This document shows, piece by piece, positions 12,660-25,560 of a stretch of DNA of 64,000 bases (position 1 is the stretch's first letter; each line of letters starts with the position of its first letter). Under the pieces are notes generated by a model. It ran no database searches. It saw only the letters and a list, made by a program, of their open reading frames with translations, and had not been told where the DNA came from. The stretch is from Octopus bimaculoides. Lineage: Eukaryota. A program made the position numbers and the translations under genes. Where the stretch lies: assembly GCF_001194135.2 (NCBI RefSeq), contig NC_068990.1, positions 11,333,648-11,397,647 on the forward strand. Reading direction: 5' to 3'.

Positions 12660-13270
12660 TTGAGTTGATCGGTATACACAGACACACAGATACACACGCA
12701 CACAGACATGCGCACACACACGCACACGTACAAAGACACACACACACACACAAATGTGCATATACAGATACATAAAACATACATACACACATATACACAT
12801 ATAAATGAATTTTTATACATACTTGAGTTTGTATATATGTATGTAAATAATTATGTACATATTTATATATATGTGTGAATGTATATATATGTATGTGTGT
12901 TTTTGTACACACATATATAGATCTATACATATATACATTTAAACATATATACACATCTATACATATATGCACATATATATACATACACACACATCTATAC
13001 ATACATACACATCTATACATACATACATGCACACGTATATATATATATAACATACACACAGATCTATACATATATACACATATATATATATACACACTCA
13101 TGCATACACACAAGCACACACACACACACACATATGTATATATATATATATATAAATGTATGCATGTGTATTGTATAAATGAACAAGTGTGAGATGGAAA
13201 GTAAAAAATGAAAATATATAACTTTACATAGAACAGGATTGATATATATATGTGTGTGTGTGTATAATAT
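12660..13270. repeat. Degenerate CA/TA low-complexity region
   Basis: Direct sequence. Confidence 0.9.
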
Positions 13271-13665
13271 AAATATATATAATGCCATAGATGATGAAGA
13301 TGATTCTGATTCTGATGAAGATGATGTATATAATATATGTAAAACCAATTTGTTTCATTTACCTAAATATTTAACACATTTCTATCTTGTCAAATTTAAT
13401 GTTATCATAATGGTTACTATTATAATTTCAATATTATTAGTGAAATATTTAATTATGTTGACAAGACACTATCTGAGTTTTAATGGGAGAGCAGATAGAT
13501 TTAAATTAGTTAGTGAGCATGAATGCATGTATGTGTGTGGAATGTTTATGAATAATATTCGTGATGTGAATATTTTGGATATGGAAACATTTCAACATCG
13601 AAAGGTTTAATAAAGGCTCTTTCTTACTCTCTTTCTCAGTTTTATGTATCAACCAATGAAATATA

Positions 13666-13792
13666 CAGGGTTGGCCAAAAAGTCACCCAACTGTAAATCA
13701 AAATTCCATAAAGCGCCATCATATTCCCGTGGGTATAAAACTTGGAATTAAATGGTTTTGATTTACTGTCAGGTGACTTTTGGCCAACTCTG
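13666..13792. mobile_element. Tc1/mariner-type MITE (127 bp)
   Basis: TA-CAGGGTTGGCCAAAAAGTCACCCAACTGTAAATCAAAA ... TTTTGATTTACTGTCAGGTGACTTTTGGCCAACTCTG-TA: about 38-bp imperfect TIRs with a TA TSD. Confidence 0.9.
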
Positions 13793-13793
13793 T

Positions 13794-13842
<49 letters not shown>

Positions 13843-14266
13843 CTCATACATAGATATGTGTGTGTATATGTGAGTGTGTGTGTATGTATATATATATATA
13901 TATAGAGAGAGAGAGATAGATAGATACATATGTGTGTGTGTGTGTGCATTCGCACATGTGTGTGTACCATCATCATCATCTTTATCATTTTATATGTTTT
14001 TTCCCACTGGTGCATATTAGACCATTGGTCTGGATAAGATGTATTGGAGAACTGCATCATACTCCAAAGTCCTACTTTAGCATGGTTTCTTTGGCTGGTT
14101 GACATTCCTAATGCCAACCACTTCACTGAGTGTTCTGGATTCTTCTTTTCATTACACCAGTGCTAATCACTCCAAAATGTACATCTATTGTGGCTGTCAA
14201 CTCTTTAGACAAATATGACCATCCCTAACAAATTATCTTATTTTTAGAGTCTTTCAGGTCTTTTTT

Positions 14267-14560
14267 TTATGTGAGGATAGGACCTTGGTACCTACAATGG
14301 CTTTTAAAACATGCAAAAGAATTGCACTTTTTGTAGCAGATGCAGCATTTATACTTATGTGTTGCAATTGGGTGGACATTCTTTACGGCATCTTGACTGT
14401 ACTTCGTGTACTTTATGAGTCCAGACTGGACACACAATTTCAGAGTTATAAATTTAATTGTATAGCTTTTTATGTAGTCATTGAAACATTTAGGAAAGAC
14501 AGGCAGGAAAAAAGCACATCCTGTAGTTATTCTTTGATTAAGAGATCTGGCCCAAATGTT
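14267..14560 (-). pseudogene. Probable decayed 3' end of an RTE-type LINE ORF2 with a C2H2-like finger
   Basis: Minus frame reads ...PKCFNDYIKS...HKYKCCICYKKCNSFACFKSHCRYQG PILT*, followed by an A-run. The pattern is C-x2-C-x12-H with the last His lost. Confidence 0.4.
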
Positions 14561-17299
14561 GTTCCAATGTGGACTTTACTATAGTTGGCCAAGCAACAAG
14601 TGGTGATATTGAACCATGCAATGACTGGAATCTGCCGCTCACATCCAAGAACAATCCATCCAATAGCATTTCACTCAGATTCTTTCAGGAAAAATTCACT
14701 CCAACTGCTGTAAGGCTAAGTTAAGATACTTATGAAACACCCTAGTTTTGAATGTCATTCAGAACGTCATGATTGTAAAACTAAATTCTTAAAAACACAG
14801 CTATACTTGACTGCTATTAAGTTTATCTAAGACCTCATTGTTTCAAAATTAGTTTGTGTGATATTGTATGTATTCTTGCTGAAAATCTGTTTATGGGAAA
14901 ACATACTGTCAACTAGATTTTGGACACATTGTAAAAAATCATATAATTTCTAAATTTGTGGCATTCTCAAGTAACACAACATAGTTTCATAGAACCCACA
15001 AGGTCTTTTGCTCATTAGGCTAACAGCATTACATGATACTTCAGATACAGATGTAATCTTCACAAGAAATTAAGAAAAAAAAAACTATGCCCTAACACAA
15101 GTTACAATTCTGATGATATTAAGGCAGGTATAAGGTTTCAAAAGGCTTAAAAAACAAATTAGAATAGAAACTTGCTGAAAGTATCGTTTATTCTCCCTCT
15201 CACTGTTCAACATTTTAGTTTCACTTGCATTTTTTTTACTTATTTAATGTATGTTTTTTGTGTTTGATATTTTTGCTGAGAGGCTGAAAAAATCATCAGG
15301 AAGTGATTACTGAAATCTCTCTTTGTGTAGAGATTTACAAGAAAGAATAAAATAATACGAAAAATGCGATTATAAAGGATTACTAAATTGTTTTGATCTT
15401 TGGAATTAATCCATTACTTAAGACATCAAAATTGACTCAATGCTTACAGGCTTTCAATAATTGCTTTCACGTCATTCTGATTTATGTCTTTGAATTTGTC
15501 TTTTACTTTATGCCACACAATTTGTTTGATTGTTTTGCTGATTCTTTTCATTGTTGTTTTTAATAATATACTGTTTTATAATTCTATTTTTCGTTTTTGT
15601 TTTTTGTTTGCTTTTGTTGTGATTGATAATATTTTACATTTTATTTTTTTTTCATATAATGTTTTCTATGTGATTTATACTTTATTGATGACAACTTAGA
15701 AATAGTTAATAACAACTTAGCTGACTAAATTTCCTAGTAGAATGAGATTATATTTTGCCAAATTCCACCATTAATAGAATTAAACCCCAAACATTTTTAT
15801 TACATAAAAGCAAGAAAAAGAAAAAGAAGAAACAGAAAGAAACAATGTCCATTATATATTATAACATTATAGGGTTTTAAAAGCACTTTGGAGTGATTGT
15901 TAATATTTGATTTTTCAAATATAACAAACAAATATTATGATATATATATATATATACATATATAAATAAACACACAGACATATATATATATATATATATA
16001 TATATAAGTAAACATACAAGAAGAAATATCTAGTTATTGTATATGGATGATTAAATTTAACACAAAATGAAATGGAATGAATTGAATAAGAACAATAATA
16101 TAAATAATAAAATATTCATATGTACTTTATCATAGTGGTTGTTTGAGAGATTTTGTGTACAGTTTTATATATGTGTCTGCATATATATATATATATATAT
16201 GCACGTATGTACGTATGTATGTATGTATGTATATTTGTGTATGTTTTGCATATGCAAATGTATGGATATACAGACACACTTATATGTATGTAAACATGTA
16301 TCTATATACATGTACATATATATATGTATATATATGCATATATATATATATGAGTATAACTATGTGTATGTACACATGCATGTGTGTTTATGCGTTCATA
16401 TATATGTCTCTATGTATAAGCAATAGAAAGCTATCATACAATAAGAAGTTACATAATTTCAAGAAGCACAGAAGTAAAACTATTTGTATGAACTAAAAAT
16501 ATCATGAGATTATATCAAAGATATCTAGTTTTGCATACATTTATATACATACATACATATATACTCACATACATACACACACAGTGTATGTACCTGTAAT
16601 CATCATCATTGTAAGTTTGTTTTCCATGTTGGCACTGGCTGGATGAGTTGTTATAGTTCAAGTCACCACATATACGGGAATAATGCTCAGCTTGATATGT
16701 TATCACACTTTTGAGTTCCACTTTTTTGGCTTGGTTTTTAAGATTGGATGTCTTCATTAACATTAACTACTTTACAGTGTACTACATGATTTTTTAGCAC
16801 CAACACCAGAGAGGTATTTTTTCCTTCAGAATGATTAAAGAGTCTTCTCAAGCCTACACTTTACTAACTCATATATACCCCTGGTTGCCTTTTCACAATG
16901 CAAAACCTGCTCCTACTTATTTGGATATGAACTCGCCGGGAAGCATCTGACGGCGCATACAAAATGTTCCGTAGGTAGTTGACACCCATAGCTGACAGTT
17001 GCATATTGTCTTTCTCTGGCAGATTGCGAAAGCTTACCATAATGTTTAATCTAAATACAGCAAATTTTTTTATGGATATATATGTGTTAAATGAGCTGAG
17101 TACATTTAATTTTTATGGCAGCAGAATTATAGGAATAGACATGGTGAAGATATGTCCTCACCATGACAAGGGAATGTTTTTACTTCAACATAGCCTGTGG
17201 TCCATGCCAGTGGGTGTAACCAGTCCACTTATGAGTACCCCTCAATCATTGGACAATAAACTTTGCTTGCAAAGACCCATTGAGGCAAGTGAAATCATA

Positions 17300-17727
17300 A
17301 TCAAAATCAAAAACGTTGCTAGGGCCACGGATTGGCTCCTGTGCCAGTGGCATGTAAAAAGCACCATTTGAGTGTGATCTTTGCCAACATCGCCTTACAG
17401 GCACATGTGCCTGTGGCATGTGAAAAACAAAATTTGAGCATAGTCGTTACCAGTGCCGCTGGACTGGCTCTTGTGCAGATAGCATGTAAAAAACATCTTT
17501 TGAGCGTGGCCATTGCCAGAACTGCCTGACTGACCCTCGTGCCGGTGGCACATAAAAGCACCCACTACATCCTTGGTGTGGTTAGCGTTAGGAAAGGCAT
17601 CCAGCTGTAGAAACTTTGCCAGATCAGATTGAGCCTGGGGCAGCCTTCTGGTTCACCAATCCTCAGTCAAACCGTCCAGCCCATGCCAGCATGGAAAGCG
17701 GACGTTAAACGACGATGATGATGATGT
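17300..17727 (+). mobile_element. SINE family C: four 66-bp internal units, GGCGTTAGGAAGGGCATCCAGCTGTAGAAAC-type domain, (GAT)n tail
   Basis: Tail CCATGCCAGCATGGAAAGCGGACGTTAAACGACGATGATGATG. Other copies or fragments at 13968-14150(-), 16600-16810(-), 21795-21990(+), 35990-36100(+), 42915-42968(-) and 57750-57945(+). Confidence 0.85.
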
Positions 17728-18198
17728 TGATAATGATCTCTTCTTACTCACCAATATTACGTTTTTAGATACTGAAAGACATGAGATAGAGGTATGAAAG
17801 ACTGGGCATGAATAATAGTGGTAAGTCATAAGAGCGATGGGTGATAGGGAAGTGACTGACAGGGTCTTCTGAGACAAGTGTACACATTGAGGCTAATAAA
17901 ACTATGGCAGAAAGTAGCATGACCTAGGAGGTAAAATAAGGTCAAGAGCTAGGATGTGTGTGTGTGTGTGGAAAGGAGCATGAGTGCAACGGCAAAGTTA
18001 ATGAGCTGATAATTAGTTATGCAGGAGGGGAGGTTGAAGGTAAATTGAATTTGGCACAATCTGTTTATTATGGTTTCTCGTAAATAGACCCTTAGATGAA
18101 CATGATCGGTGAATTGATGTGAATTACAGTAATGTGATAGAATAGATAGATTAGTACCAGTTGACAGTACAAATGAACGAAGATTGAGCAATAAAGAT

Positions 18199-18344
18199 AA
18201 GAGTGACAAGAAAGTGAGTGAGAGGGATATGAGAGAGTAACAAGAAAGTGAGTGAGAGGGAGATGAGAGAGTAACAAGAAAGTGAGTGAGAGGGAGATGA
18301 GAGAGTAACTAGAAAGTGAGTGAGAGGGATATGAGAGAGTACCA
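18199..18344. repeat. 34-bp minisatellite, about 4.3 copies
   Basis: Unit GAGAGAGTAACAAGAAAGTGAGTGAGAGGGAGAT starts at 18231, 18265, 18299 and 18333, with a degenerate unit before. Confidence 0.9.
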
Positions 18345-18667
18345 AGGTACTATCAATACCTTCCCTGCTGACTATTCGTTCAGTCAAAGAATAGCAGTGA
18401 TTATCTAAACCTGAGGTCAGAGTTGTTCACAAAATGTATACATCTAGATAAGTTTTTATTGTCAAATTGAAGGACACTCTCATCCTCACTAGCTTAGACA
18501 CACATTAGCCTTTCTCCCACTCAGATTCCCTTGTGAGCCATGGTTTTGTAATATTTACAAAACCATGCCTTATACATGGAAGATCTACAAGCTCATTATT
18601 AACACATATATTTCCAAAGAAAAAATATATTATACCATACTTTACCATATACAGTCATCATTAATAA

Positions 18668-19200
18668 TATACTTTTTCTCTTTTTCTGAAAAACTCAAAC
18701 CTCATATCCTGATGTTACTTTCCAAGTTTCACTGGCATACAGTGCTGTTGGTAACACGATGGTCCTGTATAGACACAGTTTTATTTTCAAATCAATGCTT
18801 TTACTTGCCCAGATTTTCCCCATCTTTCTAAAAACTGCTGCAGCTTTGCCAAATCGCACTCTGACATCACTATCTGCTCCTCCATCACTCGCTAGTACGC
18901 TGCCCAGGTATGAAAAGCTGGTAACATCTTCAACTGGCTAATTTCCAACTGTTATTTTTACATTGCTTTGTTTGTCCTCTACATATACTTGCATAAACTT
19001 GGTCTTTTCATGACTGATTCTGAGACCAATTTTACCAACTGTTTCTGAAAGGTTTGTTGTCACTTGCTGCAGTATCTTCTCTGGATTCTTCCAGAAATGC
19101 AATGTCATCAGCAAAGTCAAGGTCAACCAACTGAGTAACCTTGTGTAATTTGTAAACGAATTTAAAGAACCTCTCCAGTCCAGCTAAGCCCCATCTACAA
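18668..19200 (-). pseudogene. RTE-clade LINE reverse transcriptase fragment with a frameshift and stops
   Basis: Minus strand: LVDLDFADDIAFL (FADD at 19104-19115), frameshift, KIGLRISHEKTKFM, FSYLGSVL, DVRVRFGKAAAVF, IKLCLYRTIVLPTALYASETW. Confidence 0.9.
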
Positions 19201-19293
19201 ACACCAGAGACAATATCTCTGTGAATTTCTTCATGGCACTTTAATCTGGTTTCTATGCTGTCACAATATCAGTCTTTACTTCTAAATGTAGAA

Positions 19294-19615
19294 CTGGCAT
19301 TCTGTCACTTGCAACAGTGAGGGTTCCAGTTGATCTGATCAATGGAACAGCCTGCTTGTAAAATTATCATCCAAGCGGCTGAGTACTCCAAAGACATGCA
19401 TATTCTTCACATAGTTCTCTGGAGGATTCAGTATGACACAATGTAACACGCCTGGCCCATTGAAATACAGGTATGACTCATTTTTAACAGCTGAGTGGAC
19501 TGGAGCAACATGAAATAAAGTGTCTTGCCCAATGATACAATGTGCTGCTGGGAAGTGAACTCACAACTTTACAATCATGTGTCCAATACCCTAACCACTA
19601 AGCCGTGTGCCCTCA
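19294..19615 (-). mobile_element. Mosaic SINE: tRNA head, CORE-like domain and family B tail
   Basis: Plus strand CATTTTTAACAGCTGAGTGGACTGGAGCAACATGAAATAAAGTGTCTTG (reverse complement of a CORE-like motif) is joined to the B tail GAGGGTTCCAGTTGATCTGATC. Confidence 0.75.
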
Positions 19616-20279
19616 CACTTTTAAGTATATTATCTAAGTAACCGAAGCTATCAACTGCTTCTAAGGAGCACCCTTAGCATTATTACAATCATTCTATTGT
19701 TTTCTTAAGAATAAATGTTTAACTACACTGCCTCAGCCTATCTGGTTGACAATAGACACCACTCCTACACAGCCTTTAAGTATGTGTGTAATTATCAAAT
19801 TTAATATCAATATAATGAAAATTTATGTCTGTTTCTTCAATATTTTAAAAATCATTTCATGTATAAGAAGAAACTACTTCAGGACTCTGAAACATCAACT
19901 TCTGAGATTTCTTGAATTTGGGCCAAAAATTTTCCAATTTATTTTGTATTTTTTTTTCTTTTTAAGCTTATGATTTATTATATTTTAAAATAAAATATTT
20001 ACCTGACAAGTTTAATTTATTTCAGGTACAGAGATACTTAAAGTATTGTACTATGTAATCAAAATATGTCATAATTAATTTCTGGTGTTGATAAGAGATA
20101 GAAGCCTTATGGAATAGGTATTTCTGTCTTGCACAGACATGACCGTGTGGTTAAAAAGTTCACTTCAAATTTCACTCTCCAAATCCCTGGTTTTCAGTTC
20201 AGTTCTATTGTGCAGCACAACATTGTGCAGTTGTCCAAGACCTTGCTGGTGGAATTAAAAGATGGAAATGGAAAGAAGA

Positions 20280-20321
<42 letters not shown>

Positions 20322-20322
<1 letters not shown>

Positions 20323-20488
20323 GAGTGGTTGGCGTTAGGAAGGGCATCCAGCTGTAGAAACTCTGCCAAATTAGATTGGAGCCTGGTGTAGCCATCCGGT
20401 TGCACCAGTCCTCAGTTAAATCGTCCAACCCATGCTAGCATGGAAAGCGGACGTTAAACGATGATGATGATGATGGTGATGATGAAGA
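20322..20488 (+). mobile_element. Family C 3' half, well preserved, directly after (TA)n and an A-type head (20130-20285)
   Basis: CTGAGTGGTTGGCGTTAGGAAGGGCATCCAGCTGTAGAAACTCTGCC...GGAAAGCGGACGTTAAACGATGATGATG. Confidence 0.85.
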
Positions 20489-21262
20489 TGCGCTCAACTA
20501 AAATCTACTGAGTAATCCATCAATTTAATATTAAATTGCTTTTAAACGTAACTCGACATTAAAAATAAACACTAATACACAAACACACACATATACACAT
20601 GTATGAACACATAGGTGTAAGAGAAACCAGAGGAAACGGTACTCTAAGACCAAAGGCAGAGTAAAAGGTAATGCTTTACTGAAGCTGAAAAACTTCACAA
20701 ACTGTTACTCCAGTTTCATAAAATCAATCATCGGAAATAAGTGAACTTTGGAACAATACAATGGTTAATAAATGGTGCAGTGATAATTATTTGGTAAAAC
20801 ATCAAATAAATATTTAAAGCTGATTGCACAAGGAGTTATGACATTTCAAAATTAGTGGAATCTGTAGAATAATACAAATGACCGTTGATGTAAAATAATA
20901 TAAACATGGAAAAGGAGTAAAGTAAGTTGAATAAAATCAAATAAAATGAATTACATTGTATTGGTACAAAGGCGATTGTTATAATATTCACAGTAAAGGA
21001 AAAATTTCAAACAAATTCATTTTCAGTAATTAAGAATTTAAGAAAAATAAACAGAACAAGCTATAATAATTTTTGGAGATTGAACTAAGGGTAAAAGAGT
21101 ATTAAATAAATAAATATGTTTGTTGTAGTGAAAAGGAAGTAAATGAGAGTTTGTGTAAAGCAAAGGAAAGAAAAAAGATAAAGTAATGTGAGAAGAAAGA
21201 ATGAAAGAGAAGCGAAGGCTATGATACACGCCATTAGCTACTTTGATTGTTTCTATGCAATA

Positions 21263-21684
21263 TCTTTTTATCTTTTATCTTTTAGTTGTTTCAGTGAATA
21301 GATTGTGGCCATGCTGGGACATTGCCTTGAGGAATTATTTAGTCAAATGAATCAACCCCAGAATTTCTTTTTTTTTTTTAAAGACTGGTATTTATTATAT
21401 TGGTCCTTTTGCCGAACTGCTAAGTTAAAAGGGCATAAATACATTTGTGCCAATTGTCAAGCAGTGGTAGGAGTTAAATACAGACACAAGAACAACAGCA
21501 ACACACATATACACACACACATATACACACACACATATGATGGCTTTTTCAGTTTCCATCTACCAAATCCACTTACAAGTCTTTGGTCAGCCTGAGGCTA
21601 TATTAGAAGACACTTACCTAGGATGCCACACAGTGAGAGTGAACCCGGAACCATGTGGTTGGGAAGCAAGCTTCTTACCACACA
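21263..21684 (-). mobile_element. SINE family A, subfamily A2
   Basis: Same architecture as 3303-3690, with the variant segment CCTTGAGGAATTATTTAGTCAAATGAATCAACCCCAG. That variant is also at 46853-47042 and 55062-55499. Confidence 0.8.
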
Positions 21685-22119
21685 CCACCACCACCACCAT
21701 CATCAACAAGTCTTTTCACAACATGTAGGTTAACCAAAGAGGCAAATTTTTGAAGTTCTGAATATCCTTTATATATCTTTATATATCCGAACATGGTCGA
21801 TGCCCCCACCCACCGCCTCAACTGGCCCCTGTGCTGGTGGCATGTAAAAAGCACCATCCAAATGTGGCTGATGCCAGTGCCGCTTGACTGGATCCTGTGC
21901 CGGTGGAATGTAAAAAGCACCCATTATACTCTCAGAGTGGTTGATGTTAGGAAGGGCATCCAGCTGTAGAAAGCTTGCCAGATCAGAATGGATCCTAGTG
22001 CAACCACCTACATTAGTTTTGACATTTATATTGAATTTTGGATTGAGCAATGAGGCCTTTCTGATCTTAGTTCAGGGAGATCTCCTGGGATCAATTCAAT
22101 TTCTCACTTGACATATATA

Positions 22120-22320
22120 TATTGGTTTCAAATTTTGGTATGAGGTCAGCAGATTTGGGGGAGGATGTAAGTTGACTATAGTGGTACTTATTTTATAAAC
22201 ACTGATAGAATGAAATACAAAGTTGGCTTCAGTAGGATTTGAACTCAGAATGTAAAGATGGAAGAAATGCTGCTGAGCCTTTTGCCCAGTATGTTAACAA
22301 TTCTGCCACCTCACCACCTT
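22120..22320 (-). mobile_element. SINE family F, degenerate
   Basis: GGATTTGAACTCAGAATGTAAAG...TAACAATTCTGCCACCTCACCACC. Other degenerate F copies at 30985-31180(-), 32250-32450(-), 34655-34865(+), 46240-46445(+) and 48535-48735(-). Confidence 0.7.
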
Positions 22321-23237
22321 ATAACACATGTATATTAAATATGCAATACTGTGTGGTTAAGAAGTTCGTTTTGCAATGACATGGCTTGGTTTTTATGCCA
22401 ATGTGTGACAGATGAGCCAGTGGTTTTTTTTTTTTTTTTACTATAGCCCTTATCTGGGTAATGCTAGGTTTGTGAAATTTAGTCATCAGACGCTGTGCAG
22501 AAGTCTGTTATATATGTGGATGCTTAACATGGTGTGCCTTGTCATTTGTGTGCCTTGTCATGTGTATGTCTTCATATGAACACTCATTCAATGTCAGTGA
22601 TGTATTTATGTCTCTCATAAACTTAAGAGCTGGCAGCAATGTGATATGGAAGGATGTAGAATAAAAGTACTTTACCTGTAAAGGAAATAATGGTTGGTAT
22701 CAAGAAAGTCATCCAGCCTTAGGACACTGCATCAAGAAGCCTTGTCCATCTCATACTAGATTGGAAAACAAAAGCATAAAAACAGATTATGGGGATGAGG
22801 ATGACATATACAATAATATTTTATTTAAAAAGAAAATATATATATGTATATACATATATATATATATATTTATATATATATATATATATATNNNNNNNNN
22901 NNNNNNNNNNNNNNNNNNNNNNNNNNNNNNNNNNNNNNNNNNNNNNNNNNNNNNNNNNNNNNNNNNNNNNNNNNNNNNNNNNNNNNNNNNNNNNNNNNNN
23001 NNNNNNNNNNNNNNNNNNNNNNNNNNNNNNNNNNNNNNNNNNNNNNNNNNNNNNNNNNNNNNNNNNNNNNNNNNNNNNNNNNNNNNNNNNNNNNNNNNNN
23101 NNNNNNNNNNNNNNNNNNNNNNNNNNNNNNNNNNNNNNNNNNNNNNNNNNNNNNNNNNNNNNNNNNNNNNNNNNNNNNNNNNNNNNNNNNNNNNNNNNNN
23201 NNNNNNNNNNNNNNNNNNNNNNNNNNNNNNNNNNNNN

Positions 23238-23272
<35 letters not shown>

Positions 23273-24422
23273 GTGTATATGTATATGTGTGCATATATGA
23301 GTGTTCGTATGTATACATTTATATGAAGACGCATGCATATACATACATACATAAATGTATGTATGTATGCATACAAACGAATATGTATACACAAGCACAC
23401 ACAAACACACTCATAGAAACATACGCAGACAGGCACACACTCATGCACATATACATTCTATAGTGAATGTATTGAAATTATCTGTTTATATTGCCACCTG
23501 AATAGATTTTCACATACAGTTATCTTTCTATAGGAGTTATGAGCGATTTTCAAGTCTATATTGGATTGTGTAACTATAAATGCAATAAGCCTTCCTCCAT
23601 TTTATAAAGCACATATATTTAATCTTGCTTACTTATCTTCCAGATTTATTCAATAAAGAAAGCGTTCTCAAGAAATTGCTTCCTCCAAGTGCCAGATAAC
23701 CAATTTGGTTTGCTTTGCTTCGGTTTGGTTTGCTTCAGTTCGGTTTGGTTTGAGTTGGTTTGGTCTGATTTGGAATTCATTCAATTAAGATCTTTCTTGG
23801 CAGCTGTTGTTTTAATAAGACTAATCAGCCTTACCATAAAAGAATATTCCAGAAAGATGTTCGTTTCATTAACAAGAATCGATTTGTTGATTTGTTGAAA
23901 GAAATCAGGGAAACATATTCTATAATTTCACACTAAATAAAGAATTTGTATTTGAAATGAATTGAAAACACATTTCGAAGTATATCAATGCAATAGAATT
24001 TCTCCAAAGAGTTCACACTCAAAAGATTTTGTATAGATATGAATATATTTGCTTTCACAAGAATAACTTCAGGGCCATACTTCAGAATAGCACATAAAAC
24101 ATTCCTTTGCTAGAGAACCAATATCCAGTTGAATGGGTAAAGCTGACAATAACTCTCTTAGGTAATATCCTGTATTAGCATCACATGTATTTATTTATTG
24201 AATATTCAATTATTTATGTATAGTTTTTCTTGTTTATATTTACTTTTCCATTTATCTACTTATTTATTTCATTTTCCTCCCTTCCTTATTTTGCCTCATT
24301 CAAATCAAATAGACACATTTTAAATGATTTATCTTTGAAAGATTGTCAAACATTTGAAATTGATAACTAAAAATAAGAACCACAAACCTATCCTTTTCAC
24401 TGGTAATTTTTATTTTTACGCC

Positions 24423-24456
<34 letters not shown>

Positions 24457-24894
24457 ATTATTATTATTCTGTTTTTAATCATTATTGCCATTTTATTGGG
24501 ATAAATTAATAGCTGTTGCATTCCCTTGTTTTTGAATGCCATATTATTTCATTGTTTTACATCATACGAAACAGAAAGTTATCTCTCTTTCATTTAAATA
24601 TATCACTATGTTGAAGACGCCACATATCTTTCTGAAACCATTTTTGGTGGAAAGAGAAGAAGGTAGTTGAGTACTATCAAATAGTTGTAAGTATGTTCTT
24701 TCCCAGTGATATCTACAGCAATATCTGAACCAAAATATAATGAGTAAGACACCACACTGTTACATCAAACACTCTGAGCCAAATATATTTGAAACTTGTC
24801 TTTCTCAACTTATTCCTGTACGAAAGGATTGATTATAATTAATCAATGAAAATTAATTTATATAAATAATATGAATAAAGTTGGCAGAAATCAT

Positions 24895-25215
24895 AATCAT
24901 CATCATGATCATCATCATCAACATCATGATCATCATTGTTTAACGTCTGCTTTCTATGCTGGCATGGGTTGGATGGTTTGACTGAGGACTGGCGAGCCAG
25001 ATGGCTGCACAAGGCTCCAATCTGATCTGGCAGAGTTTCTACAGCTGGATGCCCTTCCTAATGCCAACCACTCCGAGAGTGTAGTGGGTGCTTTTAGGTG
25101 CCACTGGCAGGAGGGCCAGTCAGGAGTAACTGGAAACAGCCACGCTCAAATAGTGTTTTTACATGCCACCTGCATGAGAGCTAGTCCAGCGGCACTGGCA
25201 ATGTCCTTGATTGAA
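24895..25215 (-). mobile_element. SINE family C
   Basis: (ATC)n tail, then GTTTAACGTCTGCTTTCTATGCTGGCATGGG...CAGCTGGATGCCCTTCCTAATGCCAACCAC and 66-bp units. Confidence 0.85.
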
Positions 25216-25560
25216 TGTTGTTATGAGTTATGTTGTATGAGTTATAGTAGATGACACTTGCACAAGGTGTCACAGTGTGGGATCGAACCTGGAACCAAAC
25301 ATCTTACCCCACAGCCACGCCTGAACCATACCCAATATGTACTCGTTAAATCTATATTGGTTGCCTCCCTTACATCATCAATATTCTCTCTTCGCTCTAT
25401 ATTCATCTCTCTATCACTCACCCTTTTTCATACTCTCCATATTTTGCTGCCTGTGTAACTGAGGATGGCTGTGAATCCTTGTACTATTCCACATGTAGCA
25501 GAATAGTGTAAGAACATTTATGCATACACATACACACACAAGCACTTATTTATGCATATA

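Noticed and set aside
17330-17570. CRISPR-like appearance of a palindromic motif repeated every 66 bp
   Set aside because: The linkers are homologous to each other rather than unique spacers, the array lies inside a eukaryotic SINE, and there are no cas genes.
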